Below, in pieces: positions 13,601-27,500 of a DNA stretch of 64,000 nt. Position numbers and translations under genes: made by a program. Under the pieces are notes generated by a model. It did no database searches. It was given only the letters and a program-made list of their open reading frames with translations, and was not told the origin of the DNA. The stretch is from Bilabrum cf. latius. Lineage: Eukaryota. The stretch lies in contig OZ237768.1 in NCBI GenBank assembly GCA_965178125.1, positions 1 through 64,000 of the forward strand, given 5' to 3'. Numbering within the stretch: the stretch's first letter is position 1; every line of letters starts with the position of its first letter.

Positions 13601-14073
13601 GGGAGCGCCTAATCGCATCGCTTCTTGCATTGCCACCGAATTTGTCGGAGGACAATGTCAGGGTGAATGCCAGGGCGGCAACACCCGAACCCGACCCATA
13701 CCGAGACGAGGTAATGGACGATTCAGCTGCCGGGGGCAGAGCGGCTGGTCGAGGCTTGCAGGCTGGCGCAGCTGCTCGAGCGAATGCGATGGATGCAGCG
13801 TACTTGGAGGACGAGGAGCGCCAGCTGGAAGACCCGAGCGCGCTACTTTCATCTGAGAAGGGGCTGGACCACCTCCGCAAGGCGCTGGGGATACGTTCGG
13901 GTGGACAAGGCGAAGAGATGGTTGGAGGCCCTGAGGACGAAGGAGATGAAGAAGACGAAATCATGCTGACGAGGGCGGACGTGAAGCACATTTCGTACAT
14001 GATGGTAACGGAGAACCGGCCTGAGCAAGATGACGAAGCGGTGTGGGATGAAGCCCCTAGTCGTGGCAGGTGA
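10668..14073 (+). CDS. Coiled-coil protein resembling outer dynein arm docking-complex subunits (ODAD1/ODAD3, CCDC114/CCDC151-like), about 1094 aa, 4 in-frame TAG
   Basis: Exon 1 is 10668-11765, then a phase-0 intron 11766-11886 (GTGAG...CTAAC...CGCAG), then exon 2 11887-14073 ending TGA. TAG at 11760, 12028, 12748, 13078. LEAAFQRIRAATGLADTEAIVERF matches my recall of the ODA-DC coiled-coil signature. Confidence 0.72.
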
Positions 14074-14158
14074 TGAGATCCGGAGCCGTTTACTGATTCC
14101 TCAAAAGCATCTGACTACAATTACAAATTTCATCCGGGAGTACTTCCAATCATTGAGG

Positions 14159-17100
14159 TTATCCTCTCCTCGATATTCCCGCGCGCCTCCCAGTCCCGTC
14201 AGCCAGCCGAGCTAGGTCCTTGAAACCCAGCCCGGCTGCATCGTCCCACGGCCGACTCTGAGGACTACCCTGCGGCTTCTGCGGCTCTTGAGGCGCTCGA
14301 CTACTGTCTCCTGGACCACCGCGAGCCACCTCTGCCTGCGCCGCAGCAAGCGCACCGGCTGCCGAGCCTACCCCCTTGCTTGCATCTGCAGCTGCCCGCT
14401 GCTGCGTCTCGAGAAGCATCGCCATCACGCCTTGCGTACTGTTGCGGCGGGCACGAGATCTCGCTCTATCTCGCAGCATCGCATTGGCTTGGCGAGCCCC
14501 TGCATCGTGCCGCATCGACAACGGGATCTGCTTCGCGATGCGGCGCTCCATCACTTCAGGCGACTCCGGCACGTGACCCACAGCCTTGGCAAGTAGCCCC
14601 ATAGCTCGCCCCTAGCTAGGTGTCTCGAACTGCTGGGCATAGGTTCGCTTTGGATCAGCTTCCGCCGGGGTAGGCAGAGTGCTGGTCTCGCCTGCCGCAT
14701 TCGAGGCTCCCGGGACCGTCGGACTTGGAGCACGGCTGCGCTTAGCAGTCTTGTGGGTGCGTTTGGTGGTTCTGCGTGGTAAAGCTCGGGCTGGAGGCCG
14801 CGCTGCTTTGTATGTCTTGCCGATATCGTACCCGAGAACACCACCGGGTTTGTCGAAGCCAGGGAGCGGAATAGCCTTGTCATCCCCATCTGCCTCGATC
14901 ACGCTGATCGTGCTGTAGGCCGCATGAGCTCCAAAACCAGTTTCTAGAGTACAAGATCCGTATGGCTTCGCTCTTGTAGCAGCTTGAAGCACATTTGTCG
15001 CTACAGGGAAACGACCAGCTCGATTGAGACCTGTTCCAGGACTCGCATGGGCATCTGATTCGCGTTTCTTGCCGCGACCGTTCGGAGCGGAGGCCTTGTG
15101 GTCCATGCTAGACTCGGTGGATGCATCTCCACGCTCCTGCATGAGCCGGCGCACTTGTCGATCTTCTCGCGGCCCCTATAGATCGACAAGAATTGACCCG
15201 CTTGACACCGATGAGGGAAGGGAAGCGAACGACTACTACACTCCAACTGACCCAAGTCCAGGTCCTCCAATGGCGTCTGACTCAAGGGGCGCCAGCTTGC
15301 TAGCATTACAAGACTCTGCAAGGCCATCAATGCTAGCAATGGCTGAAGCGGAGCCCTGGCTCGCTTGCCGATGCTATGATCGATGATTGGCCAGTTTAGC
15401 AGCTTGCTTGCGGCCATGGGCCTCGGCCAGCACCTTCGATGCTCGGTCAATTGGTGCAACAAATCGGCTGCGTGGTCTGCCTACCTCCTTGGCAGACTGC
15501 TTCTGCACCCCAGCAACCCAGCCAGCAGCATCAAATGGCTCTTGCTGCAGGGCACGCTATTTCCGACCACTACGACAAACTTTCGACGAGATTCCTCGAC
15601 TCTCCATGTGCTCTTGGCCTGGCGATGATTGCCACCCCAAAGGCATTTTTGCCTTGCCAGGCACGGAATAGCGCACTTGAGCAACAATGTTTGCAATTGG
15701 ATTGCATGAAGCACCTGTAGGGCGCGACACCTCGTCTCTAAGTCTAGGCGTCGCCACGGCGCCTTCCTGTGCTGCACCCAAGCCACTATGATAGTGTGGT
15801 GGTTCCCTCGGCAGGACCGATGCATCCAGTGCAGAGCCAATCGCGTCAGTTGCCAGACTTGCTAACCTGATGCTGCCCCCGTGGCCATCACCATCGTCTG
15901 ACAGAGCATCCCAATCCTCTTCCCCCTCGTCCTGTGAACCGTGCATGGAATCACGCAACTCACGTTGCTGCAGCCAGCTTGAGCTAGTACCTTGGCTCTT
16001 TGCTGTGCTACCACGAGGCAGCGCGGCTGTCGAAAACCCTCGAGATCCGGCAGTGCCACTGATCGGAGTCTGGCGGCCGAGTGCCTCTGGGTCTAGAAGT
16101 ATAGGGCCATCTGTTGTGGCAGATGCGCCTTTCGGAACCATTCCAGCCACCATTCCTGCAAGCGCTCCTAAGCTGCGCTCTACATCACCTCCGAGTTGGG
16201 CAGTTGCATTCTGCACAGCAGCACGCTTGTGCTCACGCGCCCGAGCCATTCGCTCTTCCTTGCTCAGTTCCATTGAGTGCCTCTCAATCGATCGCGTTTG
16301 TGCCTCCTCTCGTCGTTTCGCGATTCGCTTTGCCATGGACATCCCCTTGTTGTCTCCTCGCTTTCGCTGCATTTCACGTACTGGAGCCATGGGGTCCAGG
16401 TTGAACGGTCGACCCTGGCGCACTGCTTGCGATAACTCGTCTGCCAATCGTTGGCGCCTCTCCTTTGAAATCTCCGGGAAAAGGACCCCGCTGCCTTCGT
16501 CTTTCAGGATGCGCTCCCGAACGAGAGCAGCTGCACGCTTCCGAATGCGAAGTCGTTCGCTGCGCACATTGCCGGGCAACTGGTCTCCTGCGTCCTCGAG
16601 CCACGCCTCATACTGCGCAATCGCTCGCATAGCTGCCTATCGTTGATCCTCCATCCGCATCTGTCGTTCATCACGCGTCTCCAAGAACTCGCTCGTCTTG
16701 CCCAGCCGGTCATGCAAGGGTTCAAGCTTGCGACGCTGCGCTCGAATGACTGCTCTGGCTTCTGGCGCAGTGGCAGTTGATGATGCCGACGGCAGCATAT
16801 TCAGGGGCTTCAATGGAGATAAAGGCGAGCTAGGATTTGCGCGGGATAGCAACGCAGATCTGGCAAAGTCAGCCTGCTGGCTGTCCAAACCAAGTCCGTC
16901 GAGTATTGAGACATCCAGCGACGGTGCTCTGGTGCTGGCGGATGACCGAAGCGCACCAGATGAATACATCAAAGCACGCTTGGCAGCAGGCCGTGCTGCC
17001 TGTGCAGGTGCAGAAGTAGCCGAAGTACGATCGCGGTTTGTAGTACTTGGTGCATAATTGTGAGACACGGGCACGCTGACAGCCAATTGCTGGCTGGAAA

Positions 17101-20100
17101 AATGACCGCGACTCCCAGAAGGACCGATGCAAGCCTGTGGCAACGGCTTCGAAGCTGGTGCCACGCTGGTCATGCTAGCAACGCTACTCCGCCTGCCCTT
17201 TGTACCAGTTCGGGACGCAAAGCTTCGGTCACCAGCCACGGGGAGGACGGGCTGCAGCGGATTCGTGTCTAGTGGCCGTCTAGATACAAACATGCGCTCA
17301 AACAATGACGAGGTTGCATCCACCGCTGGATCATCCGCCGCAAGCTTTGAGACCGGCAAGCCTCCAGCACGCAGTCTGGCAGGCGTTCTCTTTCGTTGCA
17401 TTTTCATGGATGGAGTCATCCGCCTGCTCTTGCGAAATGCCTCCTCGGTTCGTTCTTTCACTCGCTTGGGACTGTTCATTTCGGCTTGCTGCCGCTTTCC
17501 CTCTCGACGGGCTCTGTGGAGCTGCTTTATCCAGTCCGGCGAGCCCAACGTTTGCCGAGTAAGAGACTACTGCTTTGGCGGGCGCTTCGAGGCAAACGAA
17601 GGGGCCGCAGTTGCTCGAAGATCAGCTCCGCCATGACCCTTTGCAAGTTTCGGGATTCTAGCTGCGTCACTCTTGCTGATTTGCTCTGATCCAGATTCCG
17701 ACTCGATGATTGCACCGTTTAGCTCTTGCACCAGTCGCCCTACTTCCACATGCAGCGCTGCTGGCAGGAAAGGAAGTCTTTGGCGGAGCTCCTCCATCTC
17801 ACCATCCTCGTCGAACAGGCCAGATAGACCAGTGTCAGTTGCATGGAAGGGCAATTGTTTGCCTGGTCTGGACGAACTTGTGGAGGACTTGGGCGAAACA
17901 CCACTTGTAACCTCCGCCCGACGTGCGGCCTGTTTGCGCCTCTCTCGTTTCTCTTGTTGCACTGCTCTCTTTGCTGCACGGAGCTTGTCCACCAGCGCCT
18001 GCACGGTAGGGTCAATGGTGGTCGATTCTGCACCTCCTCTGGCCATTCTCCACGTCCCCTCCATGATTGCAGCATCCTATGCATTGATGCCGTTCCCTGC
18101 ATTCACGTACACCCACCCGCTTCTGACGCTGCCCGAGTCGCCATCGACCACCATCCGACCGACTTCTGCAAGCCACCTGATTCGATTCACTGGTCTCACT
18201 ACGTCAAACTCTGCACGCCTCGCTCTTGCTTCCTGCGTTTTCTCTGCATCTTGGTCTTGTCCTGCGTCGGACTGAGCTGAGGCCTGGCTCTTGCTGGATA
18301 CAGGCTACCGCCGCCTGGACCGCCTCAAGTTGCACCGTTTTCCCGCATCTGCTCTGCGCATGGATTCTTTGATGGGGACAGCAGGCCGTCTATTTCCGGC
18401 GTGCCTGCCGAGAACCAGCCTCCAGGCGGACTCAGACCTGTGTTTCGCAGCAACAGCCAATCTTCTTGCCAGAAATCCTCTTGCAACGCGCTGAATATCT
18501 ACTGCACTAACCTGCTCCAAAGTGATAAGTTTGGCCGCTAGTTTGCGGCCGCAGTGGCCGCGCCAGAGCGCCTGAAATTGGATGATCGTTCTGCGACACT
18601 TGCGAAACCACTGCATTGCAAGCTGCCGTTGCGACTCGAAACGCGATCGCTTCTCAAGCAGCATAGATAGCCATCTCCCAATGCGACCGCGCGCCCAATC
18701 GCGAGCACGCATCACAGGCCGCACCATTGCACGGATCTTGGCGCCTCGGTATAGCCCTTGAATGCGCGCAGCAGCCATATAGCGACCTTCGGTGTCAACG
18801 GATTGGACCACCTTCTTTCTCCTAACTGTATGCGAGCCCTTGGAACGATGAAGCATGATGACTTGCTCGAAACTTCTTCTGGTTTTCCAGCGCCGTATCG
18901 CACGGGTTAACACCTAATTTGCGCGCTTTCGAAGGGCATGCAGCCTGGTCTTCAAGCTTCTCATAAGCCGGTTGATAGTGGCTGCAGCTCGCCGTCGGCT
19001 ATGAGCCTCATGATGCGCCTTCCTAAGCGCCTGAAAGGACCTGTACCATGCCTGAATGGTACTCGCAGCGAGCGAACGCAAACGGCCAAACGCAAATGTG
19101 TGCAAGTAGGATACTCGCAGCCGATCCCTCCACCCGCGCCAGACGGCTTGAATTTGCGTGGCCGCCTTCTGTCCAAGCACTCGGATAGACCCCGGCTGCT
19201 CCACCCACCTGCGATACAACCTTGCCATAGATGTGCCCTACTACTACCGCTGTTGCTTCATTGCTCTAACGATTGCCGAGGCACGGCTCGCATCGCCGGG
19301 GAGTTGTTTCGCGGCGTCTCCACCTTTGGCACCACCGGGTGAGAGGTCTGCCAAGTCCATAGACCCATCCAAACGAACTACGACCGTGGCCTCCACTGGC
19401 ATTTCCCCTGCGATCGTCCTTCGCTCATCCTCGGCCTGAATGAGACCGGACACCCGCATGACGGCCCTTCCGACGGCTTGATGCAGCAAGTGCTTCATTG
19501 TGGCTGCCAGCTCATGCTCAGCCTGTTCCCGTTCTGCCTGGGCTGCTATTGCAGCCTTGCCTTTGGGGCTATCGTCGGCGTGGACGCGGTGAGCCATGCG
19601 GTCTTTGGAGCTGGAATTAGCCTCTGGGTCAAGCACCTGAAGCAATGAGGCAGGCAGGCTTCGCACTGCTGCTTCTCTGATAGTAACCATTTCGTCCTCT
19701 GCGAGCAGGCGGTCAACACCCAGCTTTAGGCCAAGCCTAATAGCCTCGCGAAATTGGCGCGCTTGCTGCTTTTGCTCCTGTTTTTGCGCAAGATGCACTG
19801 ACTTGCTTCGAGTTCTGTGCCCAGACGGCAGGCTAGGACCACGGACCTCGCTGGCATCCGAGCCTGCCGCGCTTCCCTGTTGGGCTTCTGCTTCACCTGC
19901 CCTTGGCTCCTCGCGAGCAAGCCTCTCTCTTCGAGACCTGAATACTGCTGCCTCCGCGTAATAGGCCTTCGCCCGCTCAGCCGGAGTCATCGACATGGCG
20001 TCGCCTTTTCGGAACTCAGCCCACATGGACTTGACTGACTCCCCCTGCTCAACCTCGTCCTCGCTATCATCCTCTTCGGGCGAAGTGGGCTCAACAGAAG

Positions 20101-21286
20101 CGCTCAGCTGGTTGATACCCCGCATTTGGCCACGTTTCGTGCCAGACCGCGCTATAGCGGCTGGACCCCGCGAAGACACCGCCGATGGCCCGAACGCAGC
20201 CGGCGGTGGGCGCAGCGGGTGTGGCCGGGCACCCCCAGAGCCTCCTATTGAGCGCCTCCATTTGCGGAACTGCTCCTTCCCGTATCGCTGCAGTAGGACC
20301 AGATCAATAGCCCGCTAGCGCTAGAGTGCCCGCCTCCTCTACTGCCGCAGGGAACCGGCGCGTCCCTTGCCGCTGGGCCAGCCGGTCGGGTCCCAGCCAC
20401 TGCCAGTAGCACCGGCAGCCGGCCGGTCCTGTGCATGAACCGCGTCGGCTGGTCGGGTGTCCACCACAATCCGCGCATCAGATCGCCAGTCCCACACTCC
20501 CCTGTGCACCGCCCTTGCCAGCAGCCTGCGCACGTCCATGAGGGTGACCCCGCTCCCTGCCCACAGCGCCCCCAAGTCTCTGGCCAAAAAGTGGCGAGTC
20601 GTGGACGGGTCCATGCTGCGCAAATACGCAGAGGCCCAGGCACTCACTCCACCTTGTGCGCTCGCCAATGCTACAGCTCCTGCAGGCAAGCTGGCCTCGG
20701 CCTGGTTGGAAGCCGCTCCGGTCAACCGCTCGCCGGCGGGCTGCCGCGACGAAGTGCTTGCCGCAACGACCAGCGGTACATCTAAGGTACCCCCAGCTCG
20801 CAGCTCATAGGGATCGAAGTTATCCTACCGATCAGCACGGGCTTGCTCTCTCTTGAGCTGCTGCTTCATCATTGCAGACTGCGTTGCAGTGCCAGACATG
20901 GCGCTTCGACTATCCGTTGCAGTTCCGGGCCTGGAGCCATCACTTCGTTCGACGCTATTTGAGGCCGCTATTCGGCTGCTAGATGCTGCGGAAGCCACAT
21001 CGTATTCTGCCAGAGCCATATTGCCATGCTTGTCATACACCTTCGCTGAGCTTAGCCTCGACGCCGCACGCCCTTGCGCATCGCGCATCTTCGGCTACTT
21101 TGAACCAGAATTTTGTTCTGCTACTTGCTACCTCCCCAAGGCATTCGTTGCCTGCACTGCAAGTGCATTGGACGTACCGGCAAAGTTGGAAACTCCACTA
21201 TCACCGCGGCTGGACGGAATAGAGCCACTCTTCTGAGACTCTGATCCACCTGTGCCTGGCCGAAACTGCGCCGCTCCGATCTCCAT
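14159..21286 (-). CDS. Large IQ-motif (calmodulin-binding) protein, about 2375 aa, about 20 in-frame TAG
   Basis: A single frame from ATG 21286 to TAA 14159 links ten track ORFs through TAG only. IQ motifs: AATQIQAVWRGWRDR, AASTIQAWYRS, AAARIQGLYRGAKIR, IIQFQALWRGHCGR, AVDIQRVARGFLAR. Three consecutive TAGs at 19238-19246. Confidence 0.85.
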
Positions 21287-21571
21287 TTAGAGCCGCACGT
21301 TTTATTTTATCAAACTGCACGACACACCGGGTTATGTACGCTCGTCATCGTTAGTGTGCTCCCACACACACCGCGCAAACTGGGACGGGCCGTGCTTTAC
21401 AGTGCACTGCAGAAGATGTACTGCACTGTGATGCAGTGCCTGCCGATCCTCAAGCAGAGCTGCGTACGCAGTTTTGGAGCCACTTCGAGAGTATTGGTTT
21501 ATATTTTGCTGAATTTATAAGATTCATAAGAAATTTCAGTCAAATACAGTGAATAAAGTAGATATTAGGGC

Positions 21572-24500
21572 ATGCAGAATGGAGTCGATGGGTAAGAGAC
21601 TCCAATTGAAACTAGCTTGCACTCCCTGCCAGCCCAACTTGCCATACAAGTTTAGATTCCTTTAATTGATGCCCAGGACAAGTTCAAATTTGTTACATTT
21701 CGCAGCATTGCTGGAGTCGCCGAGCTTCGCGCTACAGACGTCGGTAGGGAGGAGGCTGTAAAGACGGACACGAGTGGGATCCATCCAGATGAATTCATAG
21801 ACATCGCGAGTGATGGACGGCTCAGTGAAGTTGAGATCCAACTTGAGCACGGTAATGCGTCTGATAAGTCTGCTGCAAAGACCGAGATGCATACGGAGTT
21901 CCAGGGGCCGCCCAGCGGAATGGTATTGAGCAGCGCCAGAACTGCTCTTCCAGACCTAGAGAGGCACACTGTATCGGCTAAAAGTCATACTATTCGATCC
22001 AATTAGGCAGCATGGCAGCTTGATGGTATTAGTGGAGGTGATGTTGGCAGTCGTGCCCGTGGGCACGGCGAGTCTGGAGACTCGCCCGTCACCAAGCAGC
22101 CTGAGTGTGGCCAAGCCCCTGATGGTGATCGAGAGCTTACCTCAGATGATTGCAGTCGCGATCTCAGTGCATCAATGCTCCCTGCCTCCTCCAAGCTGCT
22201 ATCACCTTAGAGCCCGCCCAGGCCATACAGCAGGAAGGGTCATGCCAGCCACGCGGCAAGTGCCGGGCCCGTTTCGCGAGCCCACGCGCCCCAGCAGCAT
22301 TCCTTGGCACGGGATGGTATGCATGGCCTGGATTCTACGCTGTCCATGTGTGACGAATCCCAAATGCAACCCACAGCACGCAGGCAAGGCAAGGCCGACG
22401 ATGCAGACCAATCCACTGGGGGCTGTCCGCCCGGCACCTCCTCGGCATCAGCTTCTGCAGCGCTCGAGAGACCCCATGCGCAAGTTTCTCACAGGCATGG
22501 GGGGCAACCATAGAGCATATTAGTCCGGGGTGTCGAGGAGGGGCAGCTGGGTGGGCTCGGTGGGCTTAGAAAGACCCGAGGGGCGTTCAGTGCAACTGGC
22601 TCCGTGGCCAGCGTAGAGCCAGGCTCGCTTCCTAGTCACCCCGCCAAACCAACAGCACGTGTATCACCGCGGGGTACTGCTGGAGCCTTTAGCGATGCTG
22701 GCTCTCAGTCCAACACTGATCGGCTCGATTTCGATGCATGGAGCAAGGACAGGGACGAGTCGCCGTCTCAGTCCATTGAAGGGCGGGAGTATGCAGCAGC
22801 TGGAGACCAGTATGTTCCTAGACAACGCCCCCCAGCACGCGATGGAGTAGACGGGGCGAAGGGGCCGTGTTCGACCGGCAATTCCAGTTCTGATGCGTCC
22901 ATCGCGGTAGACCTGTCTGTGCGTCAACCAGCGTTCGTTTGGGACAGGCCGTTGAGTAAACGTCAAGCACCTCCGAGCGGGCCGGCTGGCCAACTTGATG
23001 CGGTAAACTAGCATGCCGATGCGGATGACGGCCGGGGATCGTTGTCTATTCTTCATCCCCCCCCTTCTCGTACTATGTCCGAGGGCCTCCGGCCGAACTC
23101 ACAGGGACTCAGCAGCTCTCGAGGTCGTGACCGCCTGCGCCAAAGGGGTGCAAGGCTTCCAGGAGACGACACCAGCGGTGGATCTAGTGGTAATATCCGC
23201 CCTACCGTGTCGGTTTCTCATACTCTGGTCAGGCCGCGAGGGCACCGGCGGCTGAGTAGCGATGCGATTGCGTGGTCGCACCGGGAAGCTGGGTTGCAGG
23301 CAATCGATTCTCGAGGTGGCAGATGGTCGGAACACTAGCTGCAGTTCAGCTCCCACGGGAGCGCCCATTCTCTATCTGAGCTAGCGATGGAGACGTCAAC
23401 TGGTCTTGGTGTCCCTCTGGTCGTGCGAAAAGGGTCACACGTCGGTCGGTATCGAGAAAAGGAGCCCAAGACGACGAGGGGTGGCAGCGGCAAGAAATAC
23501 AAGCGATCAAAACGATCGCGCAACCCTGTTCGCGCAGATCGTGGAGCTGCACCATTACAACCGATTTCATCTTCTTCGAGTATCCAAGGGCCGTCACCAC
23601 TAGGCCACCTGCAGCACGACCGTCACTCGCGCCCTGACTCTCGCAGCAGTGCCCCAGATCAAGGCGAACTCCGTAGTCCAGGCCAGTCAGGCAGCCAAGT
23701 GAGCTATGCAGCGCAGGATGTGACCGATGGGGGCCGCGTACGGCGCCGTAGCGTAGATGCCATCTTGGGCAAGCGTGGAGTGCTGCGTATGGAAGTTGCA
23801 GCTGCTACGGGGGCACGCCACATGGGCAGAGTGACCACATTGAACGGTTCTTCCAACACATCCAGCTCGTCGGCTGTGTCAGATGTCAGGGCTTCAGCAG
23901 ATCGGCAAGCCAAGCCTCGTCTGGCCCTTGGGGATGTCCACGACAGTCGTGCCAACTCGGTTGGAAGAGGGTCTGTGAAGTCGGCATTTTCCCGCTCAAT
24001 TCGGAAGACCTCTCCGAAAAATAGCCACGTGCGATCATCGGCGTCTGCATCCGGCAAGGACTCTAGCAGTGAGTCGTTCTCAGCGAAGTCCTCCAGCAAC
24101 GCTCAGCTTGATTCACCTCGCTGTATGCTTGCGAAAGACTCGAAGGGTCATCAACGCTACCAAAACAGCAGGGTGATTGCGTCCCCGAGAGCTGATCAGA
24201 TGCTGCATAGCCCGCGATCTGCGAGATCAAAGTCTCCTGCTGACCCAGATCTCGCACCAGGCAGAAAGCAGGAGCAGTGCGGTGCATCACCGGTGAGCAG
24301 CCCCAGTGCCGAGGCACGGAGCTTAGGTGCGCCTTCGCAACCGGCTGACCAGCCAAATTTGCCAGACAATGGACACGCTCCAAGCTCTATATCAAATCAA
24401 AGCACCAGCTAGCCTGATGCAGGGATTCCTTAGATCGGAATCGGTGGTAGGCAGCATTCTAGCATGGCGCCCGGCGCGGCGCAAGTTCCAGCAAGCGGGC

Positions 24501-27500
24501 TGCCTCAAGTCTCTGCGGGGCAAGCGAGGAATGTCGTACCAGCTAGTGTTTCACCTCATTCTGTACCGTGGAGGTTTCACATGCAGCATCCGGTTGGCCC
24601 GCTTCCACGCCAGAATTACCCGGCATATGGGCATGTGCCGGCTTTCGCTGCTCAAGGATTTCCAGGATAGTTCCCACATCAGCAATAGCCGCCATTGATG
24701 ACGCCCCAAGGCCATATGGGGTGGTCTGGTTTGACTGGTATGCCTATGACGGGACAGCTGCATCCACATGGACAGGCATTTGGTGGGCTAGGGCCGTATT
24801 AGTAGATTCAAGTAATGTAGGGGACGCCTTGGTTGCATCAGCAGCACCAGCACCAGCAGCAGCAACAGCAACACTAGCATTTCATGCAGTAGTAGGCTTA
24901 GAATGCTCAGCGAAAACGTCAAGCCCAGGTGAAATAGTCTCATAATTTGGCAAGCAGATCGCCTACCCTGGCTCCCTTGCCACCGTCATCTGCTCAAATC
25001 GGCCAGAGCCCGCCAAGACAGCCGGGAAGAGCTGGATCGGGAAGCCCCCGCCGTAGGCGGATCGGTTCTCGCTGTTAGCCTTTTCGAAAGAATATTGGCC
25101 AAGCTGCAAGTTCTGTTGGGTCACCACCTAGTCCGAGATCAGGCGAACGACGTACTGCTCGTGGCAGCAAACGCACGGAGAGCGCATTTCCCACGCACGC
25201 CATGAGTCCAATAGGGCACGGGGTTGCAGGGGTCGATGTTGGCCGAGCAGCCGATTCCACTCTATCCCCTGAAAGTGACATGCAGCGCGTATCCCGGCCT
25301 AGAAGCCAACAGCGCCACTAGTAGTCCACTCTCGAGGTGGCTCCTCCCGGGCGGATTGCGGTTGTACAGCCTAATGTCCAATCGAACTCTGTTACATCAA
25401 GTGTAGCCGGAGATTTTGTTCGCGATTCTGGTGCCAACACAGCCAGAGAGAGATCTGTTAGCAACTAGTCAAGTGCTGCATCCAGCTTTGGAATCCATGG
25501 CAGCGATGGTGATACGGACGTGGCTGCAGGGACTGGCGAGTACTCGGATGGAGAAGGAGTCTTCCGTGCCAGTAGACACAGCTTGTTGATAGATTAGGCA
25601 GTAAGTGTATCGGTCGAAAGCTCTCAATACGAGAGCAGCTTTAGGGACAGTAGAGGGATGCACGACGTAACCGCACTTGTAGCTCTGCCCGAAGGCCATC
25701 CATTGCGGTCGTACGAGTCACCTGGACTTGACGTGTCCACAAGCTCAATGGGTAAAATCGGTGCAGCATCGTCATCAGTAGTAGGAAACGCTCGTCCAGA
25801 ATCCAGCGGCAGGTCGGCTGCATTGGAGCCCGAACAGTCCGAACGACCCCCTGAGATGGAATTTGACAAAGCGCCTCAATCTGTTGTCAGTAATTTTGTG
25901 AGCAGCGCATCACATCGCCCATCGTCATCTCCAGAGGCGTCTGGAATCGCTCAGAAAGGAAGACGGACGCCACAGATCCGACCATTCAGTGCCGTTGTAT
26001 CACGAAGCGAGTCTCCGTCAGACTCAGCGGGATTCGGAGAAGGAGAGGTCCCTTCCAACCAAGGCTCCCCTCGCACTAGCAGCATGCAGCCTCCCCTTTT
26101 TATGGGGGGAAGTCCAGGCAGCGTTCCAAGGAAGCTGCGCAGCAATCGAAACCGCCGTCGCCGTGCTCCTAGCAGTGCCTCAAGGGGCTCGCTGTCGCGC
26201 CGGGGCGGACCCAGTGGGGGGTTGGGACTCAGCAATTTTCTCGACGAGCCCCGCAGTTGCACGCCACTTGAGCAGATGCTTCTTGCCGACGACGGCCATA
26301 TTGGGGATGAGTTAGCGATGCAGATTGATGGGGCAGGTAGTGTAAGGTCACACGGCGGGGCTAGTTAGCGGAGTCTTCGGACCCCGGCTGGCACTGAAAG
26401 TGCTGTGGATGGTATAGACTTGATCTGGAGTGTGGAAGGTTGGCATGGTTGGTAGATCCCTACTTCGAAGTCAGGAGACAGCAGCCTGCAATTAGATAAA
26501 CCTGAGGAGGGAAAAATGATCGCTAGAGAGTCCCGTGAGTCTAACGACGTGAATATTCGTGTCAATACGCACAGCATGGTTGGTCAAGGCAATGAAGCCA
26601 GCCAGAGCCGATCCGTGGAGGGCAGCAGCGTAGAGCACAGGGATACCGTTGCTTTGCATGGCATTGTCGACGAGAAAGGCGAACGAGAGGCCCCGCAAGC
26701 CGGTCTTTAGCATCTGCTTTTGCGACCAGTGCACGCCGTGCGCGATCGATTGGTCCTGCCCTCATCACGTGGCGTGCAAGAGGACCCCCTGCACGAACTG
26801 CGCTCATCCTCACCTCCATCTCGGTTGAGGGACGGAGAACATGACCCATCGGACGCCGTTCCTATTCTCACCAATGCGGACGATTCTTCTGCAACTCATA
26901 TGTCTGTGGCTAAGCACGATGGGAGCGTACACTCGACCATTGGACCGCCAAGCAGCAATGAGGGGTTCGGAACGCCCCTAGCCACCGCCATGTCTGTGCG
27001 AGGCAAACCGGTGCACACTAAACCTCGACAATTAGCAGGCATGCGATTTCTATCGTCGTCATCATCACACAGTCGAAGCAGGGCAGGTGACAAGACGCCA
27101 GTTTTGCCAGAGGCGAGCCCTACAGGTCATGATCAACCCCCTTTCAGGGCTGGGCGGCGTACCGCAGTTGAGGGTCCTGCGGGTCAAGTGAGCGCAAGTC
27201 CTGAGTCCGCCAACAAGGGCCCTGATGGTGGTCTCGACTAGGCAACTACGCTCGAGCGACAGGGTACTCAACGCAGCATCGATCTGTCTCCTGCGCCCCG
27301 ACGACTCAGCGAGACCCCCGGCAGGCAGCGCAGCCCGTCGACTCGGTCGCGCAGCAGGTCATACTATGGCCGTCCCCACGAAATGGCAGGACGTCGCACC
27401 CCAGGTCCGGCAGCACAGTCCACAGTTGGTAGCCGACCCGAATCCAGGACAAGTGTGGACATGGCTGGTCTGACAGACGGTGGTGTGCGACTGGAGTTTG

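Noticed and set aside
19238-24940. Pyrrolysine, selenocysteine-style recoding or leaky read-through of UAG
   Set aside because: Up to about 45 TAGs per gene, tandem doublets and triplets, no shared 3' context and a location in poly-Gln tracts do not fit signal-dependent recoding.
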